Below are positions 9,988 through 18,785 of a DNA stretch of 64,000 nt, in pieces. This stretch comes from Candidatus Uhrbacteria bacterium (GTDB lineage Bacteria; Patescibacteriota; Patescibacteriia; UBA9934), in assembly GCA_943359525.1 (NCBI GenBank), contig CALRHV010000003.1, positions 521 through 64,520 on the forward strand, written 5' to 3'. Within the stretch, counting starts at the first letter, position 1. Each line of letters opens with the position of its first letter. The notes under the pieces were generated by a model that made no database searches, had not been told where the DNA came from, and saw nothing but the letters and a program-made list of their open reading frames with translations. A program made the position numbers and the translations under genes.

Positions 9988-11142
9988 TTATGATCTTTTT
10001 GTGATCTCTCTCAGTGTTTCAAGCACGATCGCTCCAGTTTTCTCCCACGAGAACTGTTGCGCGCGTTCGATGCCTCGTGCTCGGAGAACGCTTTGAAGCT
10101 TTGGGCCGTGCGGTTCGTTGAGAAGTTGGTGGAGCGCCTGGACGATGTCGGTAATATTGAGTGGATCAACGTAAAGTGCGGCATTGCCGGCAACGTCGGG
10201 GAGTGAAGAAGAGATGCTGGTGATGACCGGCGTTCCGCACGCCATGGCTTCAAGGACAGGAAGGCCGAATCCTTCGTAGAACGATGGGAAAAGAAGCGCC
10301 TTTGCGCCGCGAATCACCGCGGCTTTGTGTTTTTCTGGGACGTACGCCACTTCACGAATATCGTCTCGATACGGTGACGCGGCAAGCGCAGCGTCGATAT
10401 GGCGTGTTTTCCAACCCTTTGCACCAGCGAGCACCAGAGGAATTGCCTGTCCGCCCTGCTGTCGGAATATGGTGTATGCCGTAACAACGCTATCGATGTT
10501 CTTTCGCGGTTCACGTGTGGCAAGCGCAAGAAGATACGGTCGATTCAGATCGTATGCTGCCCGGTACGATCGATCGGATGACTGCTCACGTGGACAATAC
10601 ACATCATGGTCCACTCCAAGACTCGCGACCGTGATTCGGTCTGAGGGAATGGTGTAGTATTCGGTCGCATCGAGCTTGCTATGTTCGGAGACGGCGATGA
10701 CGCGCTTTGCCTCTTTAAAGACTTGCTCTTCATTCGTGACCCGAGCTCGCAGATGATCTTTGAGCGTGAAAAAGTTTGGAACAGTGCGGAGCGCAGCATC
10801 GTGAAAGATGACGGCGTAGGGAAGCTTCGTCTTTAAAAGATGCGCGTTCGGAAAGAGCCAGACATCTGGTTTCTCAGGGAGGAATCGCTCCATCGTCGGC
10901 CCAAATGGCAATGCCCAGAGCATGCTCGCAATCTTATTTGGAATCGTGACCGGCGAAAGAACAATATTGTGTTCACGAAATGCTGGAAGATTCATTACTG
11001 TGTCTTCCGTGCCTGTTGCGAAGAGATAGAACGTATCATTTGGTGCCTGCGCCGCCATTGTTCGGACAAGTGATTCGGTCACAATGCCTACTCCAGTTTT
11101 ATGGGGCGCGGTGAGTGATCGGATATCAATCGCGATCTTCAT
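9988..11142 (-). CDS. Glycosyltransferase family 4
   Basis: MKIAIDIR, TGVG, EPRKN, PSFYEGFGLPVLEAMACG, FSW. Confidence 0.92.
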   Translation of the reverse strand: MKIAIDIRSLTAPHKTGVGIVTESLVRTMAAQAPNDTFYLFATGTEDTVMNLPAFREHNIVLSPVTIPNKIASMLWALPFGPTMERFLPEKPDVWLFPNAHLLKTKLPYAVIFHDAALRTVPNFFTLKDHLRARVTNEEQVFKEAKRVIAVSEHSKLDATEYYTIPSDRITVASLGVDHDVYCPREQSSDRSYRAAYDLNRPYLLALATREPRKNIDSVVTAYTIFRQQGGQAIPLVLAGAKGWKTRHIDAALAASPYRDDIREVAYVPEKHKAAVIRGAKALLFPSFYEGFGLPVLEAMACGTPVITSISSSLPDVAGNAALYVDPLNITDIVQALHQLLNEPHGPKLQSVLRARGIERAQQFSWEKTGAIVLETLREITKRS

Positions 11143-11148
11143 GTCCGT

Positions 11149-12246
11149 TTATACGTTCTTTAATTCCCACGCTTTCGTCACGACGTCGTGCATTGCTTTT
11201 CGAAAATTCGCAAGCGAAAACTGCTCTGCGTATGCCTTGGTCGCGTCAGGATTGAAGATTTTCTCATCAAAATGGAGAATCGTATCCGCAAGCGCCTCCC
11301 ATGTCTGTTCTTCAAAGAACGTTCCGGTGACACCATCAACAACTGTTTCCGTCGCTCCGCCTTTTTTGAAAGCGATAACCGGTCGGCCAGCAGCCATCGA
11401 TTCAACTGCGGTTATGCCGAAATCTTCTTCGTGGGGATGAATAAATGCGATGGCGTTTGCGAAGAGCCTCGCACGTTCGTCGTCCGTAACTCGTCCAACA
11501 AAGCTAATGTTGTTGTTCGCCATGGCGCGGAGATTCGCCTCTTCTGGGCCGCTACCGAAGACAATAAGCGGAATGCCAAGACGATTAAACGCTTCAACAA
11601 CAAGATCGTATCGCTTGTAGGACACAAGACGACCGCCAATGAGGAATGCGGTTTTTGGCGCTGAACTGATCGAGAAATCCTCGGTACTGACCGGCGGGTG
11701 GATGACGACGCTGTCTTTGCCGTAATACTTCTTAATACGCTGGCGAACAGTTTCAGAGTTCGCAACGAAGATATCCACGCGATCTGCAGCAAGCCTGTCC
11801 CAGCTGCGCAAGATACTTTGGAGAATCGGCAGAAGAGCCTTCACGAATCCCGGGGCACGAAGTTCGTCCACATAGCTCGTTGCATCGCTCCACAAATATC
11901 GTGTTGGGGTGTGGCAGTAACAGATATGAATGGCGTTTGCGTTCGTGACGATCCCTTTCGCAAAACTACTCGCGCTTGAAATGACAACGTCGTAGTCCTG
12001 GAGTGGGTAATGTTCCGTGGCAACGGGCATGAGGGGAAGGAGCCATCGCATGCGACGAATGGCACCAGGGATTTTTTGGAGGAATGACGTGCGAATGTCT
12101 TTGTGACCAAACACGGGATCCATCGCGGATGCGTCGTAGAGCAGCGTGTATGTTGGCGCAAGCGGCCAAAGACTTTGGAGAACTTCAAGCACTCGCTCTG
12201 CTCCACCAAGTTGCGTCAGATGATCGTGGACAAGAGCAACCCGCAT
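11149..12246 (-). CDS. Glycosyltransferase family 4 (WbaZ-like)
   Basis: MRVALVHDHL..GGAERV, HICYCHTP.RY.W, EDFGITAVESMAAGRPVIA. Confidence 0.92.
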   Translation of the reverse strand: MRVALVHDHLTQLGGAERVLEVLQSLWPLAPTYTLLYDASAMDPVFGHKDIRTSFLQKIPGAIRRMRWLLPLMPVATEHYPLQDYDVVISSASSFAKGIVTNANAIHICYCHTPTRYLWSDATSYVDELRAPGFVKALLPILQSILRSWDRLAADRVDIFVANSETVRQRIKKYYGKDSVVIHPPVSTEDFSISSAPKTAFLIGGRLVSYKRYDLVVEAFNRLGIPLIVFGSGPEEANLRAMANNNISFVGRVTDDERARLFANAIAFIHPHEEDFGITAVESMAAGRPVIAFKKGGATETVVDGVTGTFFEEQTWEALADTILHFDEKIFNPDATKAYAEQFSLANFRKAMHDVVTKAWELKNV

Positions 12247-12264
12247 AATCTCGTTGAACAAGTG

Positions 12265-13665
12265 TTAATAGGCTCCACTCCTGAAAAGCACGGCTAAAGG
12301 CGTTTTGACCACAATGACGAGGTCCAGCCAAGGGCTCCAGTTCTCAATATAGTACATATCTAGTCGGACTTCGTCGTCGAAGTCAAGCGATGCCCGGCCA
12401 CTGACTTGAGCCATGCCGGTAATGCCTGGTTTGATGGTGAGGACTTTTCTTTGGTGCGGCTTGTATAATGCGACTTCTTCTGGAAGGTGTGGACGTGGCC
12501 CCACAAGACTCATGCTGCCTATAAGAACGGAATAAAACTGCGGAATTTCGTCTAAACTCCAGTTTCGGATGAACTTTCCAACGCGGGTGACTCTTGGATC
12601 ATGTTGCAGTTTAAAAAGTGGCGTTCCTTCGCGTTCGTTGCCGTAGGTTTTCAAAAATTTAGGATCCGATCGGAGCGCATGGGCACCCTGAACCATCGAT
12701 CGGAACTTCAGGAACGAGAATTCTTTGCCGCCTTGGCCAACGCGAGGACGGGAGAAGAAGACCGATCCTGGATTCTCAATAACGATGGCAAGCGCAATGA
12801 TGACTTGCAGGGGGAGGGTGATGATGATGAGTGCGCTTGATGCAACGATATCGAAAATGCGCTTATAGATTGCGCCCCAACCGTCGAGTGGCGTTTTTGG
12901 CACTTCAATCACTGGCTGCTCGGCAAATGTGTGCATGATTGGCCGTAGCGTGCTGCCGGCAAACAAATCGGCGCTGTACAAAAACGTGCAGTGTTCGATA
13001 TCGGTAAACACTTTAATTGCCGTGACGTCAACGCGAGACGCGTCGGGGTCCGCGAGCACGATGGCATCGAGTTCATCGTTTTTTTTGAGATCGAGAAGTC
13101 GGTCGCGACTCTCTGGGGTGAATTGGGCAATATGAGCAACGACGCGGTAGCCGACGCTTGGATGCGTTTCAAAGAAGCGCTTCAGTTCGTTCCCGCTTTT
13201 TGTTTTCCCAATAATCACAACGGAATGGACGCCGATGTCGAATCTTCGAAGGGATCGTTGGAATATCCGGAGGAGTACGCGAATGGTGAGGACGAATACA
13301 ATTGCAAGGATCCATGTAGCCAGCACGATGAATCGGGATTCAAAGAGCGCACGGGAAAAGAAGGCGACTGCGAGGATGAGTGCGATGCTTGTAGATACGC
13401 CGGTGATCACTCGAGTCATTTCAGATGCTATTCGACGAGGATGGATGACATACAAGCCAGACACCGCGAAAATCGCCATGGTCACAAGCGCCATTGGGAG
13501 AATGACGCTGATGTATTGCTCAAACGACAGCGCGAACAGAACCGGTTTTATAGAGGTGAAGATCGAGGTAAAGCGGAGTGAGTATGCCGCCATTGCCGCA
13601 GAAACGAGTGCAAGATAGTCGAGCGGAATGAGGAGTGACGCAAATGCTAAATCTGCTCGCTTCAT
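12265..13665 (-). CDS. Polyprenyl-phosphate sugar transferase (initiating glycosylphosphotransferase)
   Basis: Four N-terminal TMs, KRIFD, KFRSM, DPRVTRVGKFIR, SLDEIPQ, GSMSLVGPRP, KPGITGMAQV, YIENWS. Confidence 0.93.
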   Translation of the reverse strand: MKRADLAFASLLIPLDYLALVSAAMAAYSLRFTSIFTSIKPVLFALSFEQYISVILPMALVTMAIFAVSGLYVIHPRRIASEMTRVITGVSTSIALILAVAFFSRALFESRFIVLATWILAIVFVLTIRVLLRIFQRSLRRFDIGVHSVVIIGKTKSGNELKRFFETHPSVGYRVVAHIAQFTPESRDRLLDLKKNDELDAIVLADPDASRVDVTAIKVFTDIEHCTFLYSADLFAGSTLRPIMHTFAEQPVIEVPKTPLDGWGAIYKRIFDIVASSALIIITLPLQVIIALAIVIENPGSVFFSRPRVGQGGKEFSFLKFRSMVQGAHALRSDPKFLKTYGNEREGTPLFKLQHDPRVTRVGKFIRNWSLDEIPQFYSVLIGSMSLVGPRPHLPEEVALYKPHQRKVLTIKPGITGMAQVSGRASLDFDDEVRLDMYYIENWSPWLDLVIVVKTPLAVLFRSGAY

Positions 13666-13728
13666 ATGGAAGTAGTTTACACCAGAAACGAAAATCACGA
13701 CCGTCAGGCCGTGATGTTCGATATAGCT

Positions 13729-14291
13729 TTCCGTTGGGGAGTACTGGTAAGCCGAATTTTGTCATAGCGCACATTTCCCACCATGGGAATGTTTGCCGGG
13801 ACGATCATCTCTCTGTGCGAGCGACCAATCTTGCTCTTGCACCAGCGTGGGTTTGCCACGTCTCCATGTTGCCATGGGACGAACGATGAAGCATGCGTTT
13901 TGCAACGACACACACCACCGCACTTTTCACTTTTGGTCAGACCGAAGTCTGATTTGTATGGTCTCTGTGGTACTTTCCCTCGGTTTAAGCATCGTATTTC
14001 AGGGCGATGGTGCGCCGATTCTGAATCGTTATGCCGTATGCCGGGTTGCCGTTAGCAACACACTTGGGCAGAACTTCCTCATTTTGCCCATTTTCGACTC
14101 AAGTCATCAGAAACTTCTTCAACGTACGTTCGAGTACGTCTCAGAAGTTTCTTCGACTTTCATCGAAACTGGACGAAAATGAGAAAGTTCTGCAGACACA
14201 TCACATTGCTGTGACATGGGTGTTCGGACTTTCCTCTCTGCGCAGCCCCAGTGGAGCCATGCCGAGCGACCGCCTTATATCCCCAGCGGAA
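13729..14291 (-). ncRNA. rnpB: RNase P RNA, enlarged (~563 nt) by insertions
   Basis: Minus strand reads GAGGAAAGUCCG, GGAAAGUACCACAGA, GUGAAAAG, GGCAAACCC..GUGCAAG, AGAUGAUCG, ACAAAAUUCGGCUUAC; P1 ttccgctgggga / tccccaacggaa closes the ends. Confidence 0.93.
14068..14193 (-). repeat. Palindromic element copy D, inserted inside rnpB
   Basis: TIR gcagaacttcctcatttt / aaaatgagaaagttctgc; core CGTAC-n6-GTACG; homologous to copies at 25862, 26071 and 58786. Confidence 0.85.
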
Positions 14292-14295
14292 GGCA

Positions 14296-14324
14296 AGAAT
14301 AGCAGAAAAATGGGGAGAAGTAAA
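14296..14324 (-). promoter_or_regulatory. sigma70-type promoter of rnpB
   Basis: TTTACT-17 nt-TATTCT with extended TG, ~5 nt upstream of P1. Confidence 0.55.
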
Positions 14325-14420
14325 GAAAAGAGTTGCTATAAAATTCGAATCCCCCCGATCTGCGCGTGGAGATCGAGGGGCGTGGGTGCGGCGGCTGGCT
14401 GTTGCCGCCGCACCGGGTGG

Positions 14421-14942
14421 CTAGTTGTAAAGCCCCGTCTCGTTGTTCTCGAGGCCATCTTGGAAGGCTTCCGCGATCAGATCGCGGCCACGGAAGGCGG
14501 GGAGCGTCGCCACCTCTTCGGTTTCGTCGGCGCAGTCCACATGCTGGTTCTGGAAGCGATCCTTTCCCTCGGCGGTCCGGCGTTTGCCCTTACGAGCGAT
14601 GCGGCGTCCATCGTCGAGCTTGGACGCGTTGGCGTAGATGTCTCGCGCCGTGGACATGGTGCTGTCGATGATCCACCGGGTTTCGGTATCGACCTTCTCG
14701 GGGCGTTCGCTGAGGAGCAGCAGCACCTCAAGGAGGCGCAGACGAGTGGTTTCGAGGGCCTGCCGAGCGTCCTTACTGCGTACTCGTTCTTTCATCTTGC
14801 GAATGCGGCGGTGATTGGCCGCTGCGATGCGTTCGAGGCGCGAAACGGTGTCTTTGCCGTTCGTTCCACGAGAGACGCGATGAGCATAGCAGTGGAATCC
14901 GGTACCGTGACCGGTGTTGACGTTACTCTGCGGAGAAATCAA
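14421..14942 (-). CDS. Hypothetical basic protein (ORFan)
   Basis: Open frame with GC3-rich codons; AGGAG 5 nt before TTG at 14942; TTGACG promoter upstream; hairpins downstream. Confidence 0.55.
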   Translation of the reverse strand: MISPQSNVNTGHGTGFHCYAHRVSRGTNGKDTVSRLERIAAANHRRIRKMKERVRSKDARQALETTRLRLLEVLLLLSERPEKVDTETRWIIDSTMSTARDIYANASKLDDGRRIARKGKRRTAEGKDRFQNQHVDCADETEEVATLPAFRGRDLIAEAFQDGLENNETGLYN

Positions 14943-15143
14943 GTGCGCTCCTGTTTCTTGTGCTTCTGACGCCATTCCCGGCTGGGAACGGTCGCAAAAT
15001 AGTGCCACACTTTTTCGTTTTCGTCAAAGAATATACGAAATTCAAAACCCCCAGGATCATCGAGAAATCGATAATCCTGGGGGTTGGTCGAGGCACTGCG
15101 TAGCGCCTCGACCCGTGGTCACCATGTCGGAACGTTGCCGAAC

Positions 15144-15353
15144 CTAGTGGTGCCCGCCGCCTCCGCCGCCAGCCGGCTTGGGTGCAGCGTGACTGCTGCC
15201 TCCTTTTCCGCCGGAGAAGGATACGACGAGGAAGATGAAGGTTGCACTTGCTAGGCCCCAGACAAGCTCCGGGGTCATGACGTGGCTGCTGATCCAGTAC
15301 ACCAGCGTGTCTAGGATGCACCAGGAGTAGAGCATGACCACGGAACCAATCAT
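15144..15353 (-). CDS. Small membrane protein with Gly/His-rich tail
   Basis: Two hydrophobic segments, ends PKPAGGGGGGHH; ATGA overlap with the upstream gene. Confidence 0.6.
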   Translation of the reverse strand: MIGSVVMLYSWCILDTLVYWISSHVMTPELVWGLASATFIFLVVSFSGGKGGSSHAAPKPAGGGGGGHH

Positions 15354-15670
15354 GAATCCGACGAGATGCTTGTCCGGTGGACAGCCGTCCACAACTTCTG
15401 TGGGATCAGGAGAACGTTGGCACCGAAGTGCAATACGGTCTCGATGATGCCCCAGAAGAAGTTGGCGAAGCCCACTAGGATGTATCGGACGGGGCCGATG
15501 CCGTGGAGACCGAGGTCGTTCGAGGGGTTGTGGAAGAAGACGCTAGCAATCATCGCGAGGATGATTACGATTGCGGCCTTTTTGTGCTTCCAGCCGAGCT
15601 CGATGACTCGGAAGGGCAAAAGCGTCCACCACTTCGCCCAGAAGTACGGAAAGAGGAAGAAGTTGATCAT
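15350..15670 (-). CDS. Small membrane protein
   Basis: 106 aa, hydrophobic segments, operon context. Confidence 0.6.
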   Translation of the reverse strand: MINFFLFPYFWAKWWTLLPFRVIELGWKHKKAAIVIILAMIASVFFHNPSNDLGLHGIGPVRYILVGFANFFWGIIETVLHFGANVLLIPQKLWTAVHRTSISSDS

Positions 15671-15709
15671 TGCGAACTCGGGAATGGATGTTGAGAAGGA
15701 TCTAGGTTG

Positions 15710-16042
15710 TCACTGCTTCAGAACCCGCGACCAAACGCTGGGCTCCTTGGCCGCAGAAGCGCGACGGTTCATCCACGGCGTCACGATCACTTTCTTGATC
15801 CACCGACACATGGGCCGGTAGATCAGACGGTGGAGCGCAAAGTCGTAGAGGATGATTCCGAGCACTGCTGAGAGCACGAACGCTGCGGCAGCGGTCGGTT
15901 CCGTTAGTGCGAGGAGCCGATAGTCCGGGTGGCTGAACGCCGCCACGGTGTACGGAATCAACCCGAGGGCCGATCCGATGACGACAGCGACGAACGCCGG
16001 GAGGAAATCGGAGAATACGCGAGTGAAAGACGGACGGGACAT
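15710..16042 (-). CDS. Small membrane protein
   Basis: 110 aa, two TM helices, near-consensus promoter upstream. Confidence 0.6.
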   Translation of the reverse strand: MSRPSFTRVFSDFLPAFVAVVIGSALGLIPYTVAAFSHPDYRLLALTEPTAAAAFVLSAVLGIILYDFALHRLIYRPMCRWIKKVIVTPWMNRRASAAKEPSVWSRVLKQ

Positions 16043-16089
16043 GAGAGCCTGCTTGGTTGAAGGGAGAACTGGAGCACACCGAACACAAA

Positions 16090-16118
16090 AGTATAGCAGA
16101 AAAACGCCATTTTGTCAA
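16090..16118 (-). promoter_or_regulatory. Near-consensus sigma70 promoter
   Basis: TTGACA-17 nt-TATACT on the minus strand. Confidence 0.7.
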
Positions 16119-16163
16119 TCCAAAAAGGCGCTTTCTACGGCTAATACTAGCCAATACTTTTGA

Positions 16164-17144
16164 TTACAACACTAGGCCCATGTGTGCTTTTGCGAGCTGG
16201 ATTTTCACGTTTGCCTGTTTTGCTGCTTTTTCTGATCCTTTGGCTAAAATCGCAATTAACGCGAGCTCGTCAACGAGGAGTTCTGTCATTTTCTGTTGAA
16301 TTGGAGACAGAAAATCAATGAGCACAGTTGCGGTCGCATCTTTGAATGCCTTGTTCCCTTGGCTATCGAATTCTGCAGCGATATCGGCAATGGATCGATC
16401 AGTCGAAAGCGAATGAATCGTGAGTAAGTTCTTCAGTCCAGGTCGCGAATCGTCAGCCGTAATGCCGGGAAGGGAATCGGTGACGGCAGCGCAGATCTTC
16501 TTCGCAATTGTATCAGCGTCGTCGGTAAGCGAAATGTAGTTCTTCGCACTCGCCGCACTTTTACTCATCTTCTTCTCTGGATTATCGAGCCCGAGAATGC
16601 GTGCGCCTTCGGATCGAATAATCGGCTTCGGCACCACAAACGTCTCACCAAAATCACGATTGAATCGCTCGGCGAGGTCGCGAGTAAGCTCCACGTGTTG
16701 CTTTTGATCTTCACCGACCGGAACGGCGTCGATGTCGTGAAGAAGGATGTCAGCAGCCATCAAGATCGGATACGTGAAAAGGCCGACAGAGACGTTTTCC
16801 TTCTTTACCAGTGCCTTGTCCTTGTATTGCGTCATTCGTTCAAGCTCGCTCATGCGACCGACCGTCTGCAGGAGCCATCCGAGTTCGGCGTGTGCCGGGA
16901 CTTGGGATTGCTGGAAGAGGACAGTTTTTTTAGGATCGATTCCTGCGGCGATGTAGGCGGCTGCAAGAAAGAGAATGTTCGATCGGAGCTTCGCTGGATC
17001 TTGCGGCACAGTAATCGCGTGCAAATCCACGATCATCATCGTTAGATCGTACGTTTTTTGCATTTCTACTGCTGGCATGAGTGCACCAAAAAGGTTTCCA
17101 ATGTGCAGGGCGTTGGTTGGCTGAATTCCGGTGAGTGCTCGCAT
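16164..17144 (-). CDS. trpS: Tryptophan--tRNA ligase
   Basis: TGIQPT, HIGN, YPILMAADIL, VPVGEDQKQH, KMSKS. Confidence 0.98.
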   Translation of the reverse strand: MRALTGIQPTNALHIGNLFGALMPAVEMQKTYDLTMMIVDLHAITVPQDPAKLRSNILFLAAAYIAAGIDPKKTVLFQQSQVPAHAELGWLLQTVGRMSELERMTQYKDKALVKKENVSVGLFTYPILMAADILLHDIDAVPVGEDQKQHVELTRDLAERFNRDFGETFVVPKPIIRSEGARILGLDNPEKKMSKSAASAKNYISLTDDADTIAKKICAAVTDSLPGITADDSRPGLKNLLTIHSLSTDRSIADIAAEFDSQGNKAFKDATATVLIDFLSPIQQKMTELLVDELALIAILAKGSEKAAKQANVKIQLAKAHMGLVL

Positions 17145-17239
17145 ATGAGTGAAGTATACGGGGCAAAATAGGCAGTGGGCAACGCAGGCGTGGGGATGGC
17201 GGTTGATAATTTGGCGAAGATATGCTAAAATTACGACCT

Positions 17240-18628
17240 ATGTATCAACGCCTTCTCTCGGTATTCCTTTTGACTTCGCTCTGCGTTCCGTTTTTTCCGC
17301 AACACGCATCTGCTTCTTCTGCTTGGCCGGCAGGCGCAGGAATAGATATCGGTTTGGTTTCGCTTGCGGTAACGGTGTCGGCGTTTGACGCTTCCGGTTT
17401 GGTGTACGACTCCATACTCGGCCAGCTCATTGGGATTGGCGACGACGGCGATATTGTTACGATGAACACCGATGGGTCTGGTGTGAGCGCATTTTCCGTG
17501 TCAGGTGATCCGGAAGACGTAACGGTCGCTGTTGAAGGTTCCAATATCATTTATCTTTCTGATGAAAACGCGGGAACAGTTTCCGCATTTGATCTTTCAT
17601 CCGGAGCGTTGACTGGAGCGTCTTGGAGCGTCTCTGCGTATATCAGTACCGCAGCAAAATTGGGGATCGAGGCAATGACCTTCGTGCCGAACGGATACCA
17701 TCCGTATGCTGACGGCACGTCGGGCGGACTTTTTTACGTTGGTTCCCAATATAATGGCGACATCGCAGTTTTAGATATTGATACATCAACAAGCGGATCA
17801 GTAGCGCTTATTGATACCATTTCGACCGGCCGATCGGATCTTTCTGGGTTGAACTGGAATAGCGACACGCAAATCTTGTACGCCGAATACGATGGATATG
17901 ATTTGTTAGCGGAATTGGAATCCGATGGAACGGTTGTGAATGAATATGCAATGACTTCTGGCCTTAATCAGGAAGGGATTACTGTTGTGCCAGACTGCGC
18001 TCTTGGCGTCGCTGATGTGTATGTCGCAGACGATGGTGCTCCGAACGTGTGGAAATATACGGGATATCCGATTGATACAGATACGGTGTATGCCGATGGT
18101 GATGGCGACGGACTTGGAGACTTTACGTTCACGGCGCTGGTTTGCGTCGGGGGATCATCCGCCGGATACGTTTCGAATAGTGACGATACGAACGATGCTA
18201 TTCCAAATGCTGGCGTAGAAATTGGTGGCGACGGAAAAGACAATGATGGTGATGGCGATATTGACGAATACAACACCATCGCATCGAATGGCGCTCATCC
18301 ATATTATTCCACGTTAAGCGCATCGGACACGTCGGCATACGGAACGGTAATAACGTCCCTGAAGGTTGTGCGAAAAACCGGAATGCTTCTCGTGACGTTT
18401 AGCGATGCTTCTGTGTATGCGTATTCCGTGTGGAGTGGCGGATGGATGAGTAAGCCGATGATAATATCGGCATCGAGCGTGAAGGGCTCCGCGTATGTCC
18501 TGGTGTCCTACGACGGCTTCTCATGGCGGATTTATAATGGATATACTGGAGTACTTGTGTCGAGCAAAACGAGATTCATGCTAAAAACTGCAGCGCAGAC
18601 CTGGGCGATTGGCGTTCTTGGTCTTTAG
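17240..18628 (+). CDS. Secreted beta-propeller (SdiA-regulated/YjiK-like) protein with Asp-rich Ca-binding motifs
   Basis: Signal peptide; repeats DASGL/DPEDV/GIEAM/DLSGL/NQEGI; DGDGDGLGD and DGKDNDGDGDIDE. Confidence 0.65.
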   Translation: MYQRLLSVFLLTSLCVPFFPQHASASSAWPAGAGIDIGLVSLAVTVSAFDASGLVYDSILGQLIGIGDDGDIVTMNTDGSGVSAFSVSGDPEDVTVAVEGSNIIYLSDENAGTVSAFDLSSGALTGASWSVSAYISTAAKLGIEAMTFVPNGYHPYADGTSGGLFYVGSQYNGDIAVLDIDTSTSGSVALIDTISTGRSDLSGLNWNSDTQILYAEYDGYDLLAELESDGTVVNEYAMTSGLNQEGITVVPDCALGVADVYVADDGAPNVWKYTGYPIDTDTVYADGDGDGLGDFTFTALVCVGGSSAGYVSNSDDTNDAIPNAGVEIGGDGKDNDGDGDIDEYNTIASNGAHPYYSTLSASDTSAYGTVITSLKVVRKTGMLLVTFSDASVYAYSVWSGGWMSKPMIISASSVKGSAYVLVSYDGFSWRIYNGYTGVLVSSKTRFMLKTAAQTWAIGVLGL

Positions 18629-18662
18629 GAAGAAATCCTGTACGATTCGGCGTGTTCGTCCT

Positions 18663-18749
18663 GCGGATGTGGCGGAATTGGTATACGCGTAGGTCTCAGA
18701 AGCCTATGCCCTTACAGGCTTGAGGGTTCGAGTCCCTCCATCCGCACCA
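18663..18749 (+). tRNA. tRNA-Leu(CAG)
   Basis: GCGGATG/CATCCGC acceptor, anticodon arm taggt-ctCAGaa-gccta, long variable arm, GGTTCGAGTCC, encoded CCA. Confidence 0.96.
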
Positions 18750-18785
18750 TCAAAAAGAAGTCCCGAAAGGACTTCTTTTTGATGG
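18747..18785. terminator. Bidirectional intrinsic terminator
   Basis: ccatcaaaaagaagtcc-cgaaa-ggacttctttttgatgg. Confidence 0.85.

Noticed and set aside
13635-14969. Several ORFs (13704-13913, 13793-14182, 14031-14969)
   Set aside because: They overlap the RNase P RNA or are antisense to the minus-strand ORFan; no protein motifs
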